Origin: Bythopirellula sp.
GTDB taxonomy: Bacteria; Planctomycetota; Planctomycetia; Pirellulales; Lacipirellulaceae
Reading direction: 5' to 3'
Length of the DNA stretch: 64,000 nt
Assembly (NCBI GenBank): GCA_965216565.1
Contig: OZ244170.1
Coordinates: 4,352,001 to 4,416,000 of the forward strand
Below the pieces are notes generated by a model. The model ran no database searches. It saw only the letters and a program-made list of their open reading frames with translations, and was not told the origin of the DNA. Numbering within the stretch: the stretch's first letter is position 1; every line of letters begins with the position of its first letter. Shown piece after piece: positions 10,114 through 19,118 of the stretch. The translations under genes were made by a program, and so were the position numbers.

Positions 10114-11787
10114 CTATCGCGAAGCTCGATTAAGTCGACTCTGACGAAAGTACTTCCAGCCCGGCAAGCAAAACGTCGCTGCGCTGACGAGTCCGTAGAG
10201 CGAGATGCCATAGGGCCATCCCGCGCGCTGCAGCCAGGCCATGATGGCAGCTGTGATAAAGAGAACGGTCGCGTGAATATAAAAGCTGCCAGCTAAGATT
10301 CCGGCTTTCACTACAAACACCATCCCGCTGATTAGACCCAGAACCGGAGAGAGTGTTAAGACCGGCAGGCCGAGCATTGATTCGACAACGAACAGCAGAA
10401 TCACGGCGACAATACTGCCTCCCCAAGCATGGGCAATCTCGCGCTCGACTGCCGTGACGGGCCCGCCCCTATGTCTAAGTGCCCAGAAGGCGGGTGCCCA
10501 AACGGCCAGGCTACCACCCCACAACAGCAAGTAGGGCCACGGCTGCGCCATCACTTGCCAATCTTGGCCCATCAAGTGGAACCAGTTGGTTACTAGGCAA
10601 ATCCCCAAGAGGACCGCCGCATGCCACATCCAGAGCACGCCCCAATTTTCTAAGACTGTGGCATGATGCGTCTCGCGAAATACGCGGGCGACAACGTCGG
10701 AGATATGGCCGCTGCGGGCGGAGATCGCCTCATTCGTAAGAAACGCATCCAAATCATCCGCCAAGGCGGCTGCAGAACTATAGCGAAGGTCGATCGGCTT
10801 CTGCAGAGACTTGAGAACGATCAGTTCCAAGTCGCGGCTCATCTTGGTATTCAACAGGCGTGGCGGCAATGGATCTTGCTCCAGAACCATCAGCACCGTA
10901 TCGACTGGTGAGGAACTCTGAAACGGCGGCCGACCGGTAACAAGCGCATAGAGAATCGCCCCTAGGCTATACACATCCGATACGGGACCCACATTGCCGC
11001 GTCCCCCACTTGCTTGCTCAGGAGACATATACGAAGGTGTTCCCAGTATGGCGCCAGTATCAGTGAGCGAATCGCTGGAATCAACTTGCTTGGCCAGGCC
11101 GAAGTCAGAGACGTGTGGGACCCCCTGCACGTCGAGGAGTATGTTTGCTGGCTTTAAGTCTCGGTGAATTACCCCTTGCTGATGAGCATAGTGGATCGCA
11201 CGAGCGATAGTCATCACTAGCTGCGCCGCATCACGTTCCGACATGGGACCCTTCGCGATGTCTTTGGTGAGGTCGTGACCCTCGACCAACTTCATCCCGT
11301 AGTACTGCCAATTCGATTCGATGCCAAACTCGTAAATCGGTACGATATTGGGGTGATCGAGCTGTGCTGCCGCTGCCACCTCAGATTGAAATCGCTGTTG
11401 GTCGGCGTCTGAAGCCTTTGCGCCATGCAAAATCAATTTCACGGCAACATCGCGTTTTAAACTTCGCTGCCGAGCCCTGTAGATGATACCCATCCCTCCC
11501 CGGCCGATTTCTTCTTGAAGCAGATAGTCGCCTAGCTCGTCGGGCGGATTGAGAGATTCGCGCGGTGTCACTTGGCTAGGGATCGTGGTAGTTCCCTGAG
11601 AAAATCCTGCAACTGCATCTACTACCATGACGGCACCCCATAGTTCGCGCAGCTCCTGTGCGAGGTGTGGATGCCGTGAGGCGAGTTCATCGAGCGAAGG
11701 CCTCTCTTCCACAGAGGAGTCAGTGAGACCTTGGAGAATTTCCGCTAACTCGCGGTCGTGCTCTTCTGGATTCTGCAGATCGGTCAT
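10114..11787 (-). CDS. Hanks-type Ser/Thr protein kinase with C-terminal multi-pass membrane domain
   Basis: IGRGGMGIIY, VAVK, HRDLKPANILL, DFGLAK, GTPSYMSPEQA, DVYSLG; about 6 hydrophobic helices at the C-terminus. Confidence 0.95.
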   Translation of the reverse strand: MTDLQNPEEHDRELAEILQGLTDSSVEERPSLDELASRHPHLAQELRELWGAVMVVDAVAGFSQGTTTIPSQVTPRESLNPPDELGDYLLQEEIGRGGMGIIYRARQRSLKRDVAVKLILHGAKASDADQQRFQSEVAAAAQLDHPNIVPIYEFGIESNWQYYGMKLVEGHDLTKDIAKGPMSERDAAQLVMTIARAIHYAHQQGVIHRDLKPANILLDVQGVPHVSDFGLAKQVDSSDSLTDTGAILGTPSYMSPEQASGGRGNVGPVSDVYSLGAILYALVTGRPPFQSSSPVDTVLMVLEQDPLPPRLLNTKMSRDLELIVLKSLQKPIDLRYSSAAALADDLDAFLTNEAISARSGHISDVVARVFRETHHATVLENWGVLWMWHAAVLLGICLVTNWFHLMGQDWQVMAQPWPYLLLWGGSLAVWAPAFWALRHRGGPVTAVEREIAHAWGGSIVAVILLFVVESMLGLPVLTLSPVLGLISGMVFVVKAGILAGSFYIHATVLFITAAIMAWLQRAGWPYGISLYGLVSAATFCLPGWKYFRQSRLNRASR

Positions 11788-11801
11788 GGAGAGGGTTACT
11801 T

Positions 11802-12434
11802 TTATTCTGCAGAAGATTCTTCACTGTTGCCCAATAACTCACGAAGTCGTCGCATGGCACGTAGGTACCGCATGCTGGCGGCCTGTGGCGAAAGCTCCAA
11901 CGAAACGGCGGCTTCCTGATTCGTTAGGTGTTCGAAGTGCCGCATAATAACGATTTCTTGGTCGACGGGCTCCAACTGTTCGCAGGCCTGTTCGAAGCGG
12001 TGTTGCAATTCACGCCAAGTTGCTTCGGCAGCCGGGGTGAGCCCTCCATCATGCAATTGTCCCAGTAGATCGACGGTCGAACCGCTGCTGGCTGCGCTTA
12101 CCAAAGGTTGTTCGCGATCTATGCTGCGTCGCGCTGCTCCGCGATGTCGCCGATGAGCATCGATCAGCCGATCCTTAGCCATTTGTCTCAGCCAAAGATG
12201 AAAAGGCATGACTGGGTTTTCCAGATAGACCTCAAGGCGACGATGGGCTTCGATCATGACATCTTGCACAATGTCGCTAGCATCGACCCGGCGTTTCAGT
12301 ACCCGATCCATTCGCAAATCGATGAGTCGTCGAACCGAATCGCGATGGCGTTCTAATAGATCGTTCACTGCGCCTTCGTCACCCGTGCGGGCCTGCTCTA
12401 GCAGGATCTCGGTGTCTTGAGTTTCAGGCCACAT
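11802..12434 (-). CDS. ECF sigma-70 factor, kinase-associated planctomycete type
   Basis: Region 2 VDASDIVQDV...FHLWLRQMA...LIDAHRRH; region 4 IVIMRHFEHLTNQEAA...RYLRAMRRLR; 14 bp upstream of the kinase. Confidence 0.93.
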   Translation of the reverse strand: MWPETQDTEILLEQARTGDEGAVNDLLERHRDSVRRLIDLRMDRVLKRRVDASDIVQDVMIEAHRRLEVYLENPVMPFHLWLRQMAKDRLIDAHRRHRGAARRSIDREQPLVSAASSGSTVDLLGQLHDGGLTPAAEATWRELQHRFEQACEQLEPVDQEIVIMRHFEHLTNQEAAVSLELSPQAASMRYLRAMRRLRELLGNSEESSAE

Positions 12435-12790
12435 ATTGGGAATGTAAGACTGCAGATCTGAGATTGAGGAAGCGGGTAGATCGGTAGGAAGGTTGAAGCA
12501 CTCCTCCCATCAGCGATTCACTATCATCCATCTCACACCTTATTGTGCGTCGAGAAAATGCTGTCACACGGACAATGCTCGCAGTCGTGCAATCCAGCTT
12601 GATCCTTCCAGTATCCTCTGAGCAGTGCGGGAAGGCAACGCTAGCTCGTTCAATTTTGCCCTTGTGGCATTTCCGAGGGTTTTGCTACAAACCCGCCGCT
12701 TCTCGTAAGCCGAGTCTCTTCTACCAACTTTTCTTAGCGACTCCGGTGAGCAAATGTGCTCTTGGAGTGCGCGTGCGAGGACATGCCCCT

Positions 12791-14806
12791 ATGGCTGCGA
12801 ATCGATTGTGTCGGGTCAGCATTATTGCTGCCCTTGGCGTGTTATGCTGTGTACTGACATCTGGCGTTGCAACTGCTGAACCCCCCAAATTTCGCTCGGG
12901 AAAAGCCGGAAAACCGGCCAAAGTAAAACCGGCGAAACGGGTGAATTACACCGACTTGGCTGTTGGCAAAACGATCGACTCGATCACAAAGAGCCATTCG
13001 CCAAGTTTGGAGTTGCCCCCGGAGTTGAAAGCGGCAAAGCCATTGCAGAAAGCGCCAAAGTTCAAGGCGGGAGACTACCTGCAGCAGCCTGTGCGGCAAG
13101 CCATGCCGCGGGCAAATGTGACTAGTGGCAAGCTGTTGCTCAATTCCGATACCTCAGGTGGCGCTCCCGAGTACGCGATTGTTGATCGCTACGGTGCGAT
13201 CCTGCGATATGTCGCTGCAGACGAGCAAATCAATCTAGACGGTTATGTTGGCCAGACGGTTGAAGTTTTCGAAGACAACGGCAGCATCCTCTCGGCAGAC
13301 CAGATTGGCACTACCGTGGGAGTTCCTGGCGATGAGAATCTACAAACGGCCGCTTTTCAAGAAGAACTGACGACACCGACTCTGGCTGACGGTGAGGAGG
13401 GCAAGGAAGTCTTGATGCCCGAACCCGATCCGTCTTCCTATGGCGAGGGCGTTTACCATGACGACGGCGGTTTCCATGACGAGTTCGGAGAGTGCAGCGA
13501 CTGTGGTAGCTACACTTGTATGCAACGCAATGGTTGCTCGCCGGGCGCGCGAGGTATATTGTATGCCCGGGCTGAGTACCTCTCTTGGCGATTCCACGGA
13601 ATGAACATCCCAGCATTGGTGGTTGACGCCGAAGTTGTTGGCACCGATCCAAATACCGGACGTACACTCATCGATGCGGATTCTGTTCGAACAATCTACG
13701 GTGACGAAAATGTGCTGGAAGACGAGCGAGATGGAGTTCGCTTTACCGTTGGCATGTGGCTGGATGATTGTGGAACACTTGGGATCGAAGGCGACTTCAT
13801 AGGTTTTGATACAGTTCGCGATACGTTTGTGGGGGGCACGCGTGGAGATGGCGAACCGGGCGATTTGTTCATTTTCCGCCCCTTCTTCAATTCCTTCGAT
13901 GTCTTTGACGACGCCGATCCGAACCAGATTGTTCTGCCGCGGGGCCCGGCAGTAGAGGACGTAGATACCGATCTTTTGGACGGCTCGGTGACAGTACGGG
14001 TCCAAAGTACTTTTCGGACAGCCGGAATTCGTCTGCGACATGGCCTATGCTGCGTCCCAGGATGCGGCATGGGCTGTGGTGACTGTGTAGGCTGTGGCTC
14101 TGGAACTGGTTGCGGTTCGGGAGTTGGCCGCAGTGGGGGAGGACCTTTGGGTCGACTATGCGATCTCCTCAATTGTGGTACACGTCGCACCGACTTGTTG
14201 ACCGGTGTACGCTGGGCGCGCTTAAACGAGAGCCTCAGCGTGATGGAAGACTTGGTAGTCATCAACGAAGAGTTTGGAGCCGACGTCGGTACCGAGATCC
14301 TAGTCAACGACTACTTCGGGACGAGCAATGACTTTGTCGGCGGCGAAATTGGTTACACGACGGAATGGGAAAAGGAGCGCTGGTCTCTATCGATCCTGTC
14401 GAAATTGGCTCTAGGTAACAATCGCCAACGAGTACGCATCAGTGGATTCACACAAACGACACCGCCGGGATTGCCTTCGGACGAACCTGAACAAGGAGGC
14501 CTACTGGCACAGGTAACGAACATCGGAGAAGAAGAACGCGATGAGTTTAGCGTGATACCTGAGGTTGGATTTACTTTGGGCTACCAGCTCACGCGAAAGT
14601 TGCGATTGACTGGCGGTTATACGCTGCTTTATTGGAGCAACGTTGTTCGTCCGGGCGACCAAATAGATCCGGACATAAATTCCACTCTAATTCCTGGTAA
14701 CGATGCGGCAGTGGATCTTCGCCCTGGCGATCATCCGCGCCGCGACTTTGTGAGAACCGATTTTTGGGGACAAGGTGTAAACATTGGCGGCGAATACCGC
14801 TGGTGA
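12791..14806 (+). CDS. BBP7/DUF1551-like outer-membrane beta-barrel protein with N-terminal extension
   Basis: ARAEYLSW, FRPFFN, NDFVGGEIG, GGLLAQxTNIG, GYTLLYWSNVVRPGDQID, C-terminal FWGQGVNIGGEYRW aromatic barrel signature; likely start at ATG 12791 with signal peptide. Confidence 0.85.
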   Translation: MAANRLCRVSIIAALGVLCCVLTSGVATAEPPKFRSGKAGKPAKVKPAKRVNYTDLAVGKTIDSITKSHSPSLELPPELKAAKPLQKAPKFKAGDYLQQPVRQAMPRANVTSGKLLLNSDTSGGAPEYAIVDRYGAILRYVAADEQINLDGYVGQTVEVFEDNGSILSADQIGTTVGVPGDENLQTAAFQEELTTPTLADGEEGKEVLMPEPDPSSYGEGVYHDDGGFHDEFGECSDCGSYTCMQRNGCSPGARGILYARAEYLSWRFHGMNIPALVVDAEVVGTDPNTGRTLIDADSVRTIYGDENVLEDERDGVRFTVGMWLDDCGTLGIEGDFIGFDTVRDTFVGGTRGDGEPGDLFIFRPFFNSFDVFDDADPNQIVLPRGPAVEDVDTDLLDGSVTVRVQSTFRTAGIRLRHGLCCVPGCGMGCGDCVGCGSGTGCGSGVGRSGGGPLGRLCDLLNCGTRRTDLLTGVRWARLNESLSVMEDLVVINEEFGADVGTEILVNDYFGTSNDFVGGEIGYTTEWEKERWSLSILSKLALGNNRQRVRISGFTQTTPPGLPSDEPEQGGLLAQVTNIGEEERDEFSVIPEVGFTLGYQLTRKLRLTGGYTLLYWSNVVRPGDQIDPDINSTLIPGNDAAVDLRPGDHPRRDFVRTDFWGQGVNIGGEYRW

Positions 14807-14816
14807 ATCAAGTCGA

Positions 14817-14910
14817 CTAGAGCTAAGAGACCAGAGGCTAGAGTAGGGTCCTGGCTTCGCACCTCACAAGCTATTGTCTCTGGACTCTCGTCTCTCAACA
14901 CTCGACTCTA
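14817..14910. repeat. Degenerate ~7-mer tandem repeats in inverted arrangement (CTAGAG.. / ..CTCT..)
   Basis: ctagagctaagagaccagaggctagag ... ctctggactctcgtctctcaacactcgactct. Confidence 0.5.
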
Positions 14911-15054
14911 AGCTGCTCTGCTAGCATTCCTCGCACAGATTACCGTCAATCTCGGGTAATCTGCAGCACCTCTATGCGCCGATACAACCACTACGATCGT
15001 CTGCGCTCGTAATGTGTATCCCGCTAGCAAAGTATTCTCTCTCGAGGTGTCGCG

Positions 15055-17700
15055 ATGTCCCGCTCCCAGAATCAACAGCCTATCAGCCAGTTGTCTTTTG
15101 AAACTCTCGAGCCTCGCCAGCTCTTGGCAGTCGATATGGCGCAGATCAGTGGCATTGTCACGATCGATCCACAAGGAGACAGCATTGCTAGTAACGATAG
15201 CGTGGTACCGGCGGCGACGGCCAGTTTATATCGCGACACAGGCAATGGAAGTCTTGATGGTGGCGATACTTTTATCAACTCCGTCTCCACGAATAGTTTG
15301 GGCGAATACAAATTCGATGGCTTGGGCGCTGGCAAGTATTTTGTGAAGATCGCGCTTCCTGCAGATATGCAGTTTGCTGCGGGCCAGGATGTGCAGGAAG
15401 TGGTGATTACCGTCGACGAGGCCGACGGCGTTGTGGGCCCCGCGATCGACGGTTTTACCTCTCTGCAAACCGTACAGGCCACGCCTCCGTTGCCGTCGAG
15501 TTCCCCTGATTCCCTACTCGACGGCAGTGTGCTGGGTGGTGAACGCGACATGTTTGTCGAACTCGCCAGCGCCGAGAATCCAGTTTCCTCTGTCTCTTTG
15601 GCTTCTAGCGGTGGCAAGCTGTACTTTGCCAGTGGCTCCGGGGTGACGGGAGTGGCCAAAGTAGTTTGGGACGGTGCCGACAATAATGGTGCTGCCGTGA
15701 ATCCTGTCGGCTTAGGCGGCATCGACCTGACGGAATCCAATGGTAACGAAATGACCGGCATCGCCCTCACCTCCGGTGCCGATCACCCCAACGCCGTGAT
15801 CAAAATGCGGATTTATACGGACGCGAACAACTGGTCAGAATTTACGACAACCGTTCCCGAGTCCGTGGGTGGAACGGCCAGCGGTCAGGCAGTGTTCAAC
15901 TTCGATGACGTTCCCACCGCCAGTTCCGGCAATGGAGCGAACTTCGAGAGTGTCGGCGCTCTCGAGCTTACCTTCGAGGGAGTTTCGGCAGTTGATGCCC
16001 AGGTAACTCTCATTGGCTTGGTCGGAGTAGCGAACAAGCGAGCCGATTTTGTTGCGGCACCAGTGCTAAGCTTGGGGAACCAAGTATGGGCCGATCGCGA
16101 TGACGATGGAATCTTCGATGCGGGGGAAACAGGAATCTCCGGCGTGCAGCTGAATCTCTACAGGGATACGAACGGTGACAATGCCTACACTCAGGGGGTC
16201 GATGAGTTTCTAAACTCGACTACTACGGGTGCTGGGGGCGACTATTTGTTCACAGATCTATTCCCGGGCAAGTACGTAGTGCAGGTTGATCCTGTGAACT
16301 TCCAAGTCACGCAACCACTGTTTGGGTTGAAATCTAGCTCTGGAAACGACCCTGCGTCCGACCCGGATGATAACGTCAATAACGACGACAATGGTACTGC
16401 TCAGGCGGGAGCGGGCGTTGTAAGCCAGGCTGTGATGCTCAGCGGTGGAGCAGAGCCTGCCGACGATGGCGACTCCAATACCAATTCAAATCTGGCGGTC
16501 GACTTCGGCTTCTTTGGGTTCGATCTGGTGCTTGATAAGTCTGTAGAGCAAACAGTCTTGTCGCCGCAAGAAACGGTGGAATACAAAGTCAAAATCAATA
16601 ACGATGGGCCTTCGGCTGCAGAAAACACGAGCTTCACTGACACGCTGCCCAGCCACGTGACTTTTGTGTCTGGCTCGACAAGTCTGAATGGGGTCGGAGT
16701 GCAACACTCGGGTGGCGTGGTCACGGCGAGCTTGGGAACCATGCAGCCGGGCGATGTGATCATCGTCACAATATTGGCAACAGTCAACGACGATGCCACA
16801 GGTACGTTGATCAATACAGCCACCGTCTCGGCACCCAAGGAGGTGAACCTTTCCAACAACACCGACTCGGTGCAGAACACCATCGAGCCAAAGATCGATC
16901 TGGCCATCACCAAAAAAGATAGCCGCGATCCCGTGGAGCCGGGCAGCACATTCAGCTACACGCTCGACATTATCAACAATGGACCATCTGATGCAACTGG
17001 CGTAGTGGTGACCGACAATCTTCCGGATGATGGGGTCACATTTGAAGATGCGTCACGCAACTTCGACAGCTTCGATGGTGATGAACTGACCTTCAACATA
17101 GGCGATTTGGCCAAAGGCGAGTCGACATCGATCACAATCACCGTCCGCGTGGACAACGATTTTGTCGGCAAGCTCATCAATCATACAGAGGTTTCGGGGA
17201 ACGAAACTGAAATCACCTTGGATAACAACCGAGACTCCGAACCCACCGAGGTGAAGCTAGACCCGGCCAGCTTGGGAGGGACGGTGTTTGTCGATCGCAA
17301 CGACAATGGCAATTTCGACTCAGGCGAGAGGACCCTGTCCAACGTGCTAGTCACGCTCAAGGGCGTTGATATCAATGGCCAGACTGTCGTGAAGACGACC
17401 AGGACCAATTTCCAGGGCGATTATCTATTCGACAATCTGACTCCCGGCAGCTATCGTGTCGAGGAAACTCAACCGACTCGCTACCGCGATGGTAAAGACC
17501 ATGTCGGCTCGCTAGGCGGAGCCACGGGCAATAACCCGGGTGGACTGCTGATTCCCAACGATGTCGATCGAGGGCAGCTCGACGACCTGCTGTTCGGCAT
17601 CCAGCTAAGTAGTGGCGACGTGGGTGTCGACTACGACTTTGGCGAGCAGGCTGTATCTATCAGCAAGCAGCAGTTCCTCCGCTCGCTCAATTGGATGTAG
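15055..17700 (+). CDS. Secreted adhesin-like protein: LEPRxLL motif, SdrD-B-like Ig domains, DUF11 repeats
   Basis: FETLEPRQLLA; SLGNQVWADRDDDG...GDYLFTDLFPGKY...DFGF; two DLxxxK...NxGPSxA...TDxLP...NN (DUF11) units; GGTVFVDRNDNG...YDFGE. Confidence 0.85.
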   Translation: MSRSQNQQPISQLSFETLEPRQLLAVDMAQISGIVTIDPQGDSIASNDSVVPAATASLYRDTGNGSLDGGDTFINSVSTNSLGEYKFDGLGAGKYFVKIALPADMQFAAGQDVQEVVITVDEADGVVGPAIDGFTSLQTVQATPPLPSSSPDSLLDGSVLGGERDMFVELASAENPVSSVSLASSGGKLYFASGSGVTGVAKVVWDGADNNGAAVNPVGLGGIDLTESNGNEMTGIALTSGADHPNAVIKMRIYTDANNWSEFTTTVPESVGGTASGQAVFNFDDVPTASSGNGANFESVGALELTFEGVSAVDAQVTLIGLVGVANKRADFVAAPVLSLGNQVWADRDDDGIFDAGETGISGVQLNLYRDTNGDNAYTQGVDEFLNSTTTGAGGDYLFTDLFPGKYVVQVDPVNFQVTQPLFGLKSSSGNDPASDPDDNVNNDDNGTAQAGAGVVSQAVMLSGGAEPADDGDSNTNSNLAVDFGFFGFDLVLDKSVEQTVLSPQETVEYKVKINNDGPSAAENTSFTDTLPSHVTFVSGSTSLNGVGVQHSGGVVTASLGTMQPGDVIIVTILATVNDDATGTLINTATVSAPKEVNLSNNTDSVQNTIEPKIDLAITKKDSRDPVEPGSTFSYTLDIINNGPSDATGVVVTDNLPDDGVTFEDASRNFDSFDGDELTFNIGDLAKGESTSITITVRVDNDFVGKLINHTEVSGNETEITLDNNRDSEPTEVKLDPASLGGTVFVDRNDNGNFDSGERTLSNVLVTLKGVDINGQTVVKTTRTNFQGDYLFDNLTPGSYRVEETQPTRYRDGKDHVGSLGGATGNNPGGLLIPNDVDRGQLDDLLFGIQLSSGDVGVDYDFGEQAVSISKQQFLRSLNWM

Positions 17701-17763
17701 GCCCCCGCATCACCAGCTACATTCTGCGAGCTAGACGCTGATTGCTGGCTTAGACTACATGTT

Positions 17764-17803
17764 GCAGAAAGGCCACGTGCGACTCCGTGCGTGGCCTTTC
17801 TGC
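17764..17803 (+). terminator. Stem-loop after adhesin gene
   Basis: GCAGAAAGGCCACG...CGTGGCCTTTCTGC 14-bp inverted repeat. Confidence 0.6.
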
Positions 17804-18086
17804 TGCGCTCGTAGTTTCTCTTCAACATCCTAATATCTCGGTAGTTTGCTCAGCGCATCATCCGGTGAATTCAGGGTTTTCTTCAGGCTCGGCCCTGATT
17901 TCTGAACTAGGGTTTAGTAGGTCAATCGTGAGGCGCGAAATCGGCGCTAGCGATACCTAAGAAGCCTAAACAAATACTTTTCCCTATTTCCTTAGACTCG
18001 TTCGAGTGTTCTTCATTCCAAAGACTCGGACACGTAAACAGCTGATTCACTAAGTGAGTCGAAACGGGCTGGGAGTTTGCAGCACT

Positions 18087-18557
18087 ATGCAGGACCAACG
18101 GAAACAAAATAAGCGTCGCGGTACGACAACCGTCGAAGCCGCTCTAGTTTTGCCGGTATTCCTCACGTTCATATTTGCCATCGTGGAATTCGGCCATACT
18201 CAGTTGGTCAACAACATGCTCAATACTGCTTGTCGAACAGCCGCACGCGTCGGTGCGGTGGAAGGAACTACCACAGCAGATATCGAAAACGAGGTGCTCC
18301 GTATTCTTGGCAGTGCTTTCCCTACGGAAAGTGTTGAAATCTTCGTGAAGGACGCCAGCGTATTCGACGGGGGCGGCGACCCACCTAGTTCTGGCGAGGA
18401 AGTAGAGTCGCTTGGTGACTTGAATGTTGCCGATGCCGAGCCACGTCAGCTATTCGTAGTGCGAGCCAAGGTGCCTTACAACGACATCGCTCTACTCCCC
18501 AATAGCATCATGGATAGTGTCATCCTGCAAAGTCAATCTTTCATGCGTCACGAGTAA
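18087..18557 (+). CDS. TadE/TadG-family pseudopilin
   Basis: RRGTTTVEAALVLPVFLTFIFAIVEFG...ACRTAARVG. Confidence 0.9.
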   Translation: MQDQRKQNKRRGTTTVEAALVLPVFLTFIFAIVEFGHTQLVNNMLNTACRTAARVGAVEGTTTADIENEVLRILGSAFPTESVEIFVKDASVFDGGGDPPSSGEEVESLGDLNVADAEPRQLFVVRAKVPYNDIALLPNSIMDSVILQSQSFMRHE

Positions 18558-18585
18558 TCGTGTTTGTTGATAGGGAGGAAGCCAA

Positions 18586-19068
18586 ATGATTTTTCGAAGA
18601 AGTGCCAGAAACCAGCAGACTCGCCGGGCCGCGGTAGCGGTCGAGTTTGCCATTATGGCCCCGATGCTGCTGTCGATTGTGGTTGGTTTGATCGAAGTAA
18701 ATCGTGCCTACGACGCACAGAATTTGCTGCAAACCGCTGCTCGCGAAGGAGCTCGGTTTGCCTCCATGGATCGCACCGACATGATGCAAGAAGGTGAATC
18801 GACTAACGCCAAGTTGGTAAACGACGTCACCAATTTCTTGAATTCTTCGGGTTTGCCTGGCGACTCGATTCAAGTTGAGATTCTTGATGCCACGGACCCT
18901 ACACAGCCCTTTGATCTCGACAATCCTGACAATGATTTGGGTTTGTTCATAGTCGAAATTAGCATGATGTTTTCAGACGTCAGCTACACACCAGTCAGCG
19001 GTGCCTACGACTATCAAATGACCGCCGACATAGTTTTCCGAAACGGACGAGCGACTCTGTCTCAATAG
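18586..19068 (+). CDS. TadE-family pseudopilin
   Basis: RRAAVAVEFAIMAPMLL...AAREGARFA. Confidence 0.9.
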   Translation: MIFRRSARNQQTRRAAVAVEFAIMAPMLLSIVVGLIEVNRAYDAQNLLQTAAREGARFASMDRTDMMQEGESTNAKLVNDVTNFLNSSGLPGDSIQVEILDATDPTQPFDLDNPDNDLGLFIVEISMMFSDVSYTPVSGAYDYQMTADIVFRNGRATLSQ

Positions 19069-19118
19069 TCTAAGCAAGCAACCTAACTATCAATAAGAAT
19101 CTTCTGGGAGGCGATACG

